Source: Candidatus Poribacteria bacterium
GTDB lineage: Bacteria; Poribacteria; WGA-4E; WGA-3G
Direction: 5' to 3'
Assembly (NCBI GenBank): GCA_963663765.2
Contig: CAXXUA010000003.1
Coordinates: 352,001-416,000 of the forward strand
DNA: 64,000 nt
Below the pieces are notes generated by a model. The model worked only from the letters and a program-made list of their open reading frames with translations, was not told the DNA's origin and did not search any database. Below are positions 42,767 through 53,200 of this stretch, piece after piece (the first letter of the stretch is position 1; the number at the start of each line of letters is the position of its first letter). Position numbers and translations under genes: made by a program.

Positions 42767-42823
42767 TGTAGCACAAACTTTTAGTTTGTGGAGATGCGGA
42801 CACAAACTAAAAGTTTGTGCTAC
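42767..42823. repeat. Near-perfect GTAG-type palindrome (REP-like)
   Basis: TGTAGCACAAACTTTTAGTTTGTG ... CACAAACTAAAAGTTTGTGCTACA. Confidence 0.8.
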
Positions 42824-42903
42824 AATACTCATGTTAGGTTCGGTTTCCGAACCTAAAATAATGTCCAATTAATTCTAAAGTCAACTTAAAAGAGAGGTTT
42901 TTA

Positions 42904-45285
42904 ATGCGTGAAATCTTATGCAAGAGACGGTGGCTAAATTGGAAGATTCTCCTGACGTGCCTACCGATACTGAATTTAGCCACCGTCTCTTTTGCCCAAA
43001 CAGACCCTCCTCCCGCAGTACCGACAGTGTGGTGGATCGCCCCAATTGGTGCTCTGATTGCTCTCGGTTTTGCATATCACTTCTATCGTTCCGTAATGAA
43101 ACAGGATGAAGGGAATGAAACAATGCGTGATATCGCGCAATCTGTCCGCGAAGGTGCAATGGCATACCTTAGACAACAATATAAAGTCGTTGGTATCGTT
43201 TTCGCTGTCCTCTGTCTCATCTTCATCTTCATGGCTTTTGTCCTTGATGCCCAAAATAAAGTTGTTCCGTTTGCATTTCTTACAGGTGGTTTTTTCTCAG
43301 GTCTCTGTGGCTTCTTGGGAATGAAAACCGCGACAAATGCCTCTGCACGCACTACAAGTGCGGCAATGCAAGGACTAAACGCGGGACTAAGAGTCTCGTT
43401 CCGCGCAGGTGCGGTTATGGGGCTGATCGTTGTCGGATTCGCTTTGCTGGACATAACAGGATGGTTTCTCATACTCTATTACATCTTTCCAAAGGTATTG
43501 CCCGGATTTTTAGATGTTAACCCATTACCACAGATTACAGTCATTATGCTCAGTTTCGGTATGGGTGCTTCAACGCAAGCACTGTTCGCACGCGTCGGCG
43601 GTGGTATCTATACCAAAGCAGCTGATGTGGGGGCAGACTTGGTGGGGAAAGTTGAAGCAGGAATCCCAGAAGACGATCCACGCAATCCTGCTGTCATCGC
43701 TGATAACGTTGGTGACAACGTTGGTGATGTTGCAGGCATGGGTGCTGATCTCTATGAGTCTTATGCGGGTTCAATCCTCGCAACCGCTGCACTTGGTGTC
43801 GCTGCAGCTGCTGCCCAAAATCATGGCATCGACATACAACTAAAATATCTCTCTGCCCCAATGATTATTGCGGGTATCGGTGTGCTCCTCTCTATTTTAG
43901 GTATCTATCTTGTGCGGACAAAAGAGGACGCGACAATGAAGCAGCTGATGGGTTCCTTGAACCTCGGCATCAACGGCAGCGCTTTCGGTATCGCTATAGC
44001 ATCACTTCCAGTGCTTTTTTACCTTGATCTTCCCAATAAGTGGCAGGTTTGGGGAGCAATTATCGCTGGACTCGTCGCAGGTCTGATTATCGGTAAGGTT
44101 ACCGAGATCTACACCTCTCACGAGTATAAACCAACTCGTGCCATCGCGAAGCAAGCGCAAACGGGACCTGCAACAGTCATCATTGAAGGCGTTGCTGTCG
44201 GTATGGAATCTACTGCAATCCCTGTCATCACAATTATCGCAGCAGTTGCCATTAGTTACTATCTGCCCGGTGGCACAAGCGAACCGCTTATGGGACTTTA
44301 CGGGGTCGGTATCGCTGCTGTCGGCATGCTTGCAACACTCGGTATTACACTTGCCACGGATGCTTACGGACCCATCGCAGACAACGCAGGTGGAAACGCT
44401 GAAATGGCAAAACTTGACGAAAGTGTCCGAGAACGAACAGATCAGTTAGACGCACTCGGTAATACGACCGCCGCTACAGGTAAGGGTTTTGCTATCGGTT
44501 CTGCAGCATTGACGGCACTTGCACTTCTCGCAGCCTATCTTGAAGAAATTCGGCACGGTCTGATCCAAGCAAAAAAGCACATTGACATTGATGGCGATGG
44601 CATTTCTACTTATATCAATGACGTTTTTGATAAGGGTGAAATTGTAGAGGCTACCGTGAACAATTTTATGGATTACTATAACGTCACCCTGATGAATCCG
44701 CAAGTCCTGATCGGTCTATTTATCGGTGCAGTCATGGCATTTTATTTCTGTGCGTTGACGATGAAAGCTGTCGGACGGGCTGCAGGTGCTATGGTAGAAG
44801 AAGTTCGACGCCAATTCCGTGAAAAACCGGGTATCATGAAAGGTGAAGAAAAACCAGATTACGCCCGATGTGTGAGTATCTCAACTGTAGGTGCACAACG
44901 TGAGATGATTTATCCATCTCTCATCGCCATCGTTGTACCTGTTGCTGTCGGATTGTTATTTAATGTTGCTGGTGTGTTAGGCTTGCTTGCAGGTTGTTTG
45001 GCAACAGGTTTCGTTTTGGCGATCATGATGGCAAATGCTGGCGGCGCATGGGATAACGCGAAAAAGTTTATCGAAGAAGGTAAACATGAAGAAGAATACG
45101 GGGGAAAAGGATCAGAACAGCACAAAGCCACCATTGTTGGGGATACCGTTGGTGACCCCTTCAAAGATACCTCAGGTCCTTCACTAAACATTCTAATTAA
45201 ATTAATGTCTATGGTCTCTGTTGTGTTTGCGGGTCTCATCGCAAAATATGGCGACGTGTTCAGCACTTGGTTAGGGATGCAATAA
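42904..45285 (+). CDS. hppA: Membrane-bound ion-translocating pyrophosphatase, K+-dependent type (possibly Na+-pumping)
   Basis: GGGIYTKAADVGADLVGKVE, DNVGDNVGD, GNTTAA (Ala = K+-dependent), GDTVGDPFKDTSGP. Confidence 0.95.
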   Translation: MREILCKRRWLNWKILLTCLPILNLATVSFAQTDPPPAVPTVWWIAPIGALIALGFAYHFYRSVMKQDEGNETMRDIAQSVREGAMAYLRQQYKVVGIVFAVLCLIFIFMAFVLDAQNKVVPFAFLTGGFFSGLCGFLGMKTATNASARTTSAAMQGLNAGLRVSFRAGAVMGLIVVGFALLDITGWFLILYYIFPKVLPGFLDVNPLPQITVIMLSFGMGASTQALFARVGGGIYTKAADVGADLVGKVEAGIPEDDPRNPAVIADNVGDNVGDVAGMGADLYESYAGSILATAALGVAAAAAQNHGIDIQLKYLSAPMIIAGIGVLLSILGIYLVRTKEDATMKQLMGSLNLGINGSAFGIAIASLPVLFYLDLPNKWQVWGAIIAGLVAGLIIGKVTEIYTSHEYKPTRAIAKQAQTGPATVIIEGVAVGMESTAIPVITIIAAVAISYYLPGGTSEPLMGLYGVGIAAVGMLATLGITLATDAYGPIADNAGGNAEMAKLDESVRERTDQLDALGNTTAATGKGFAIGSAALTALALLAAYLEEIRHGLIQAKKHIDIDGDGISTYINDVFDKGEIVEATVNNFMDYYNVTLMNPQVLIGLFIGAVMAFYFCALTMKAVGRAAGAMVEEVRRQFREKPGIMKGEEKPDYARCVSISTVGAQREMIYPSLIAIVVPVAVGLLFNVAGVLGLLAGCLATGFVLAIMMANAGGAWDNAKKFIEEGKHEEEYGGKGSEQHKATIVGDTVGDPFKDTSGPSLNILIKLMSMVSVVFAGLIAKYGDVFSTWLGMQ

Positions 45286-45411
45286 TAATAGTTGGCATCA
45301 CTAATGAAATCTGACAATCAAAATCGGTAGTTGAATACGTAGGGGTTGGGTTCCCCAACCCCTTTGGTTTGTGAGTTTCCGTAGATCGGACCGGACGTGG
45401 AAACCACACCC

Positions 45412-45553
45412 CATAGGCGTCAATTTAAGGATTTTGACCTCTTGTGGGAGGGGTTTTCAACCCCGATTTGACAGAAAATAAACATAAACTCGGGGTTGAA
45501 AACCCCTCCCACAAGAAAAAATGCCAACACTACTTCTTAAATTGACGCCTATA
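45412..45553. mobile_element. MITE (CATAGGCGTCAA ends) inserted in a REP and carrying a REP doublet
   Basis: TIR CATAGGCGTCAATTTAAG / CTTAAATTGACGCCTATA; flanking duplication CGTGGAAACCAC. Confidence 0.75.
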
Positions 45554-45616
45554 GGGCGTGGAAACCACGGCTCTACGAATACCCAATTTGAACGTCAAAG
45601 TTCATAAGGAGAAAAT

Positions 45617-46150
45617 ATGAAAATAAAACATACTTTCGGAATATTCCTGGGTTTATTCGTCCTTTTAACATTAGGGTTAACAATAGGGTGTCAGCAAATG
45701 CAAAACCAGATGAAGGGGGATCCTAATAATACTTCCGTATCCGTTTCCATTGATGACGTTGACCCAACTGATTTGATTTATACAGGGGAAGTTTTTATCG
45801 GAGATGCAGGAAACAGATTTGGAACAGACGAATTTGCCTTGAATTCTGCGACCATCACAGATGATATGTTAACTGTCAGTGTATCTTACAGCGGTGGGTG
45901 TGAAGAACATCAATTTACTTTAGTCGCTTCGGATTCATTCCTTGAATCATTTCCTGTTCAACTTCATGTTTACCTTGCACACAATGCTAACGGTGACAAC
46001 TGTGAAGCATATCCAACTGAAAGTTATCAGTTTGACCTCACGCCAATCAAAACGATGTATCAAGAGGGTTACCAACAGGAAGCAGGCACGATTGTTTTAC
46101 ATCTCAAAGATGCTCCAGACGGTGAACTAATCTATGAATTTACAATGTAG
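45617..46150 (+). CDS. Lipoprotein, NigD C-terminal-like
   Basis: Lipobox TIGC; VSYSGGCEEHQF...HNANGDNCEA...FDL. Confidence 0.7.
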   Translation: MKIKHTFGIFLGLFVLLTLGLTIGCQQMQNQMKGDPNNTSVSVSIDDVDPTDLIYTGEVFIGDAGNRFGTDEFALNSATITDDMLTVSVSYSGGCEEHQFTLVASDSFLESFPVQLHVYLAHNANGDNCEAYPTESYQFDLTPIKTMYQEGYQQEAGTIVLHLKDAPDGELIYEFTM

Positions 46151-46360
46151 TGCTTAGTCACGTGCTTATTGACGGATCTAAAAAGAAGTCGGGAATCGGA
46201 GTTCCCTCCTACAATACCAAGATTTCTGTAGGATCGATCTCCGATTCACGACCTACGAAAATATGTTGACTAAGCAGTAGTCAACATTATTAAAATCTTT
46301 CTAAATGAATACTTCTCTGTATCAGATTACCCCTATTTATCCTTGTAGGAGAACAAGCCA

Positions 46361-48040
46361 ATGTCCAACAAACTGAAACCCCGAAGTTATGTGATTACTG
46401 ATGGACCCGACCGCGCTGCTGCACGTACCATGCTTATGTTCGGTGATGGTGGTCTTTCTCCAGAAGATCTTGACAAACCGATTATCGGCGTAGCAAATAC
46501 ATGGATTGAGATCGGTCCTTGTAATTTTCATTTACGGAGACTCGCTGCGAAGGTCAAACAAGGAATTCGTGATGCAGGCGGAACACCTCTTGAATTCAAC
46601 ACCGTTAGCATCTCCGATGGTATCACAATGGGTACAGAGGGCATGAAAACCTCACTTATCAGCCGGGAAATTGTCGCCGACTCAATTGAATTAGTCTCCA
46701 TCGGCAACATGTTTGATGCAGTTGTCACGCTCTGCGGTTGCGACAAGACCGTTCCCGGTACCGTTATGGCATTAGCACGTTTGGATATTCCATCTCTCAC
46801 GTTATACGGTGGTTCAATTATGCCGGGTAAATTCCAAGGACGTGATGTCACTATACAAGATGTTTTTGAAGCGGTCGGTCAACATGCAGAAGGCACAATC
46901 ACAGTAGAAGAATTGGACGATCTGATTAGCAAAGGGTGTCCCGGTCCCGGTGCATGTGGAGGTCAATTCACTGCGAATACGATGGCAACTGCTGTTGAAA
47001 TGCTGGGTATCGCACCGATGGGCAGCGGTAGTGTCCCTGCTGCAGTAGAAGAAAAGGACGACGAGGCATACAAAGCGGGACAACTCGTTATGGATATGCT
47101 CAATGCTGACCGTAGACCGAGCCAAATTATCACACGAAAATCTCTTGAAAACGCTATAACCTCTGTTGCAGCGACAGGCGGTTCTACCAACGGTGTTCTG
47201 CATCTACTCGCTATCGCATACGAAGCACAAATCCCTTTGACGCTTGAAGACTTCCACACTATTAGCCAGAGAACACCTGTATTAGCCGACTTGAAACCCG
47301 GTGGACAGTATGTTGCAACCGATCTATATGAAGCAGGCGGGATTCAGTTCTTAACCAAACGTTTGGCAGAAGCAGGATTACTCCACACCGATGAACTTAC
47401 CGTCACAGGAAGGACGATCGGTGAAGAAGCGAACGCTGCCACTGAAACTACAGGACAGAAAGTTGTCCTCCCTGTAGACGAACCTCTCAAACCCACCGGT
47501 GGATTTGCTATCTTAAGAGGTAATCTCGCACCAGATGGATGTGTCATCAAGTTAGCAGGTCAGAAAAAAACGATCCATCGCGGTCCTGCACGTATCTTTG
47601 AACGTGAAGAGGACACATTCGCTGCAATCAAAGGCGGGGAAATTAAACCCGGTGATGTTGTTGTCATCCGATATGAGGGACCTATCGGAGGTCCCGGCAT
47701 GCGTGAGATGTTAGGTGTTACCGCAGCACTCGTCGGTGCAGGTTTGAGCGAAGATGTTGCACTACTAACCGATGGCAGATTCTCTGGCGCAACACACGGC
47801 TTTATGATCTGTCATGTTGCCCCTGAAGCTGCAACGGGTGGTCCTATTGCCATCCTTCAAGAGGGTGACGAAATCGTGATTGACGCAAAAGCACGAAGAC
47901 TTGATGTCACACTCACCGATGCTGAAATACAAGCACGTCTTGAAAAGTGGACACCTCCCGAACCTCCCTACACACGCGGTGTCATGGCGAAATACGCAAA
48001 CTCTGTTTCGTCTGCATCTGAAGGTGCTGTGACAGGATAA
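46361..48040 (+). CDS. ilvD: Dihydroxy-acid dehydratase
   Basis: [44 protein letters not shown]. Confidence 0.96.
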   Translation: MSNKLKPRSYVITDGPDRAAARTMLMFGDGGLSPEDLDKPIIGVANTWIEIGPCNFHLRRLAAKVKQGIRDAGGTPLEFNTVSISDGITMGTEGMKTSLISREIVADSIELVSIGNMFDAVVTLCGCDKTVPGTVMALARLDIPSLTLYGGSIMPGKFQGRDVTIQDVFEAVGQHAEGTITVEELDDLISKGCPGPGACGGQFTANTMATAVEMLGIAPMGSGSVPAAVEEKDDEAYKAGQLVMDMLNADRRPSQIITRKSLENAITSVAATGGSTNGVLHLLAIAYEAQIPLTLEDFHTISQRTPVLADLKPGGQYVATDLYEAGGIQFLTKRLAEAGLLHTDELTVTGRTIGEEANAATETTGQKVVLPVDEPLKPTGGFAILRGNLAPDGCVIKLAGQKKTIHRGPARIFEREEDTFAAIKGGEIKPGDVVVIRYEGPIGGPGMREMLGVTAALVGAGLSEDVALLTDGRFSGATHGFMICHVAPEAATGGPIAILQEGDEIVIDAKARRLDVTLTDAEIQARLEKWTPPEPPYTRGVMAKYANSVSSASEGAVTG

Positions 48041-48301
48041 AATCTGGCGGTTCATGAAAAGAATGAGTGCTATCGGGAATTTATAGTGAAATCCAAAAAT
48101 ATGTTTACACATCTTCTGTAGGAGCGATCTCCGAATCGCGACTATGGGTATGTATGGTCGGGAATCGGAGTTCCCTCCTACAAACAAACTGTCAAGGTAA
48201 TTGTAAAATCCACTATAAACCCGTATGCCCATTATGTTCATTGAAAACAACAGCATACACTTTTTACATGAACGTAAGATTCTTATGGATCAATATATTA
48301 T

Positions 48302-48424
48302 TAGGATTTACGCAGTTTTCTTGATTTAATCAAGAATTATGATGAAAATGATGCAATTATCAACATTTTTATGGGTTCCCAGCGCGCTTACAAAGCGCGC
48401 CTACCGTTGTGTGCGTAAGTCCTG
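48302..48424. mobile_element. IS701-type MITE at the 5' end of the L,D-transpeptidase gene
   Basis: TAGGATTTACGCA ... TGCGTAAGTCCTG flanked by TATTAT. Confidence 0.8.
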
Positions 48425-49184
48425 TATTATTATCCTAATCGTCTCCACAATGCTATTGTCTTGTCAATCAAAGGAAGCAGAAACCGTCATAGATAAACAT
48501 CAAAAGCACCCCCGTGTCCGTACAGCCATGTTAGAAAAGGACAGTTTACTCCGCAAACGGTTTGAAGACAAAGGACTTATATATCCCCCTCAGAATCTGT
48601 TTATCCGAGTTTTCAAACAAGAAAAAGTTTTAGAAGTTTGGACTTTATCGGGATCAGATGACATCTTCAAAAAAGTCTACGACTATCCAATCTGCCGCAC
48701 CTCGGGCAGTTTAGGTCCAAAAAGACAAGAAGGTGATTTACAGATACCGGAAGGATTTTATTATATTGACCGGTTTAATCCCAAAAGCAATTTCTATCTC
48801 TCTCTTGGAATCAATTATCCAAACCGTTCTGATCAGATTTTGGGCAAAAAAGGTGATTTAGGAGGAGATATATTCCTGCATGGTGGGTGTGCTACCATTG
48901 GTTGTGTTCCAATCACCGATGAATATATCAAGGAGGTATACTTGTTAGCGGTGCATGCAAAGTCTAACGGTCAGGCAAAAATTCCTGTCCACATTTTCCC
49001 ATCAAGATTAGATAAACGCACGATGTCACAGTTGATCAAAAAGTCTGGTACAGATGCAAACTTGGTTAGTTTCTGGGAAAATCTACAGATCGGATATCAG
49101 TGGTTTGAAAAACACCGCAACCTACCAAAAATCTCAGTAAATTCAGATGGCAAATATCAGTTCTCAACTTCTACATCACAATAA
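48339..49184 (+). CDS. YkuD-domain L,D-transpeptidase-family lipoprotein (YafK/DpaA-like); start uncertain
   Basis: GPKRQEGDLQIPEGFY, LGINYPN, IFLHGGCATIGC; lipobox LLSC. Confidence 0.88.
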   Translation: MMKMMQLSTFLWVPSALTKRAYRCVRKSCIIILIVSTMLLSCQSKEAETVIDKHQKHPRVRTAMLEKDSLLRKRFEDKGLIYPPQNLFIRVFKQEKVLEVWTLSGSDDIFKKVYDYPICRTSGSLGPKRQEGDLQIPEGFYYIDRFNPKSNFYLSLGINYPNRSDQILGKKGDLGGDIFLHGGCATIGCVPITDEYIKEVYLLAVHAKSNGQAKIPVHIFPSRLDKRTMSQLIKKSGTDANLVSFWENLQIGYQWFEKHRNLPKISVNSDGKYQFSTSTSQ

Positions 49185-49304
49185 AAGGTATTAAATCATA
49201 TAGAGCGTATCTCATAAATATTAAAATGGTTTGATTTTTTTTAATTTCTCATCATCTCTGCTAAACTATATCTATTTTTACTATAAGTAATACCATTTCC
49301 GTTT

Positions 49305-50231
49305 GATAATGTCTCATTAGCAGCGGAAATCTGGTAGGAGCAACTTCACGGTCGCGACCGGGAGGTCGCTCCTACCGAAGAGAGTAACACCCTGCCAATA
49401 AACAGTAGAATTCCTTAATGAGACAAGATTTATGAGAATGGGTATAATAACATTTTCATCGGATAATGTCTCATTAGCAGCGGAAATCTGGTAGGAGCAA
49501 CATCACGGTCGCGACCGGGAGGTCGCTCCTACCGAAGAGAGTAACCCCCTGCCAGTAAACAGTAGAATTCCTTAATGAGACAAGATTTATTAGAATGAGT
49601 ATAATAACATTTTCAAGGGATAATGTCTCATTAGCAGCGGAAATCGGGTAGGAGCAACTTCACGGTCGCGACCGGGAGGGCGCTCCTACCGAAGAGAGTA
49701 ACACCCTGCCAGTAAACAGTAGAATTCCATAATGAGAAAAGATTTATTAGAATGGGTATAATAACATTTTCATCGGATAATGTCTCATTAGCAGCGGAAA
49801 TCTGGTAGGAGCAACATCACGGTCGCGACCGGGAGGTCGCTCCTACCGAAGAGAGTAACACCCTGCCAATAAACAGAAGAATTCCTTAATGAGACAAGAT
49901 TTATTAGAATGGGTATAATAACATTTTCATCGGATAATGTCTCATTAGCAGCGGAAATCTGGTAGGAGCAACATCACGGTCGCGACCGGGAGGTCGCTCC
50001 TACCGAAGAGAGTAACACCCTGCCAATAAACAGAAGAATTCCTTAATGAGACAAGATTTATTAGAATGGGTATAATAACATTTTCATCGGATAATGTCTC
50101 ATTAGCAGCGGAAATCTGGTAGGAGCAACATCACGGTCGCGACCGAGAGGTCGCTCCTACCGAAGAGAGTAACACCCTGCCAGTAAACAGTAGAATTCCT
50201 TAATGAGACAAGATTTATTAGAATTGGTATA
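49305..50231 (+). repeat. Tandem array of 6 x 157-bp units
   Basis: Unit starts at 49305, 49462, 49619, 49776, 49933, 50090; each has TGTCTCATTA/TAATGAGA(C/A)A outer IRs and a GTAGGAGC...GCTCCTAC hairpin. Confidence 0.95.
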
Positions 50232-50268
50232 AGCATCAGCATTCCAGCTATCATAAGGTCCTATGATA

Positions 50269-53200
50269 CTACTTCACAATCAACATCTTACGCAGATATG
50301 AATAGTCCCCTGCCTTCAGTTGATAAAAATAAACACCATTCGCAACGCGTTCGCCGACTGCATTCCGACCATCCCAATACCCCGCACGACTCCGATCCGT
50401 GTAATATCCCGCTTGTTTCTGACCAAGATCTAAATGACGCACGATATTGCCTTGAATATCGTAGATCGTGATAGAAACAACACTCGGTTTATTGAGTTGA
50501 TAAGGAATCCACGTTTCAGGATTGAACGGGTTTGGGAAGTTCGGAAGCAGTGCAGTTGTTTCTGGTCGCTGCGAGTCAGCACTGCTTTGCAGCGAAGGTG
50601 CTCCAGTTCCTTCATCATCAGGGAGAACCTCTAACGGCTGATCGCTACTGTTATTGAAGGCATAGCCTGAATGGCCAGAGGGTAATGAAGGATACATTGT
50701 AGCATCAATGCTCACACCTATACGAGATACTGATATAGTCGTTGCATCAGTATCAACTACAAATGTGTCACTATAAATGCTTCCAGCTGAAATAGTGGGC
50801 TGCTGGGAACGAATTCCGACAAGCCACTCACCACAAAAACCGAACAGACATAACTTCACATGTGTTAGGACATCCACCTGCATATCAAAGGGTGCTGCTG
50901 TGTTCACTTTCACCCTAACGTCCGCGGTTTTAATATCGCTATCGCTATCAGCAACCCTTTCCATTGACAAAACAATTGCTGGTGTTCCAGAATTACCAGA
51001 AAGGTCTAAGGTGCTTAAGGATAACCCACTGAAGATACCATCAGGAAGAGAGGTTCCTAATAAATTATCACTGAGGTCGAGGGATGTCAGTGAACTCATC
51101 CCATTAAAATCACCAGTGGACAGCGATGAAATTGACTTACTTGAAAGATTCAACGCGGTAATACTTGCAAGGTGGGCACCTGTGATGTCGCTTGCAGAAG
51201 TCACCCCATCAATAGCGGCAACGATAGCATCTCTAACAGCAGCAGTGCGGTCAGCGACTGCAGGGGACGGTCCTCCAATAACATTGATCGTAACACGCGT
51301 TGTCGCTTTCAGTCCAGCCGTATCCGTTGCCTCTATGTCAACACTAAAAGTTCCAGCTGCCAATTCGGCTTTGTTTTGGAGTTGCGCTGTTGCCTGAACC
51401 GCGTACCCATCCGAACCGGTATAGGCTGCGGTTGTCGTCGTGGTAAGTTGGAACAAATCGACATTCGTGCCGCCAAGTGAGAAGGTAAGCGTATCGCTAT
51501 CATCATAGTCGTAAGCAGTATAAATGGAACCTAAATTTGTGCTGGCAGCATTCCCAGCATTGAAACTTAATGTCGGTTCATTATCTGATGAAATAAGCGG
51601 AATCTCATTGGTATCGATCACAGTGACCGTTACCGAGATGGAATCGCTTCCATTGTTGGTGTCCGTTGCTGTAATCGTTAGCGTATGAGATGCTGTAGTT
51701 TCATGGTCTAAACCAATACCCTGCAACTGACCACTGGATTGAATTCGGAAAAGAGATGATGAATTGGTAATAGCATAAGTGAGTGTATCGTTATCCGCAT
51801 CCGTTGCAGTGATCGGATCCCCAATATTTTCCCATGATAATGACAGAACATCTGCTGTATAAGCTGTCTCATCAATGGAGCGGGTGACGGATTCACCGTC
51901 AGTGAAAGTAGGGTCGTTGTTCTCGGTTACATTGGTAATGTTGATGGTCACCGTGATAGTGTCTTTGCCATTGTTCGGCTTCGCATCAGATGCTGTAATG
52001 ATGACGGTATAAGAAGTCTTCGTTTCAAAATCAAAAGTTGTAGCAGTCGTCAGCTGCCCGGTTGAACTATTCACACTAAACGATGCAGCATCTGTCCCAC
52101 TCAGCGAATAGGACACCGTGTCACCACTGTCTGGATCAGTCGCCGTGAAGGCAGGACCGACGTTGCTACCAGATGCAGTATTTTCCGGTATGGAACGGGT
52201 AGCGGTTGCGCCATCACTGAACGCAGGAGGTTCGTTCGCCACCTCCGTCACGTCCGTAACTTTGATCGTCACCGCAATGGAGTCTGTGCCTTGATTCCCA
52301 TCAGATACAGAGAGCGTAACAGAATAGGAATTCTTCGTCTCATAATCCAAGTCCGCCTTCGTCTTGATTTGACCAGAAGTGCTAACAACATCAAACGAAG
52401 CAGCATCCGTGCCACTCAGCGTGTAGGTTAACGTGTTCGCGGGTTCATCCTCATCTGTTGCAGCAACAGTCGAACCGATATTCGAATCTTCCACCGTATT
52501 TTCAGCAACAGTTAGAGTAACGCTTGTGCCATCCGTAAAGACAGGCGCATCGTTGATATCGTTGACGTTGATTGTAACTGTCGTAGTCCTATTGTTAGAA
52601 CCGTCCGTCACACTTATGAATACTGTATAAGAGTCTTTCGTTTCATGGTTGAGTGCGGCACTCGTTTGTAGCTGCCCAGTTGAACTGACAATAGTGAAAG
52701 AGTCGTTATCCCGTTGTCCTGATGGCAAACTGTAAGTCAGTTCATCATTCTCGTCCGGATCCGTTGCACTGACAGGTGAACCGATATTTGTACCAGATGC
52801 CGTATTTTCGTCAACAGAACGCGTAATGGTAGCAAACAAATTAACCGACAACTCATCGAATTCAGGTGGCTGACTCCCAGGGAAATACTGACCGACATTG
52901 ATTGTCACTGTGATGCTATCGGAAAGCGGTGTATCCGTATCCGCATCTGTATCTGTTTCATTATCAGTGGCAGTAACGACCACCGAATAGGTTCTCTTGG
53001 TATCAAAGTCAAGTTCAACAGCAGTTCTCAACTGTCCTGTGGTAGAATCAATCGTAAATGACGCAGCATCGGTGCCACTGAGCGTGTAGTTCAGGACATC
53101 TCTATCCTGATCAACTGCGTCAACAGGATTACCCACAATTGTGCCGATAGCAACCTCTTCGCCAACAGTTCGGGTCGTTGTTGTGCCTTCATCAAATTCT

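Noticed and set aside
42025-42774. Repetitive small ORFs between folC and hppA
   Set aside because: Translations of MITE tandem units
49305-50231. CRISPR or tRNA array
   Set aside because: The 157-bp units are near-identical throughout, with no spacers and no cloverleaf motifs
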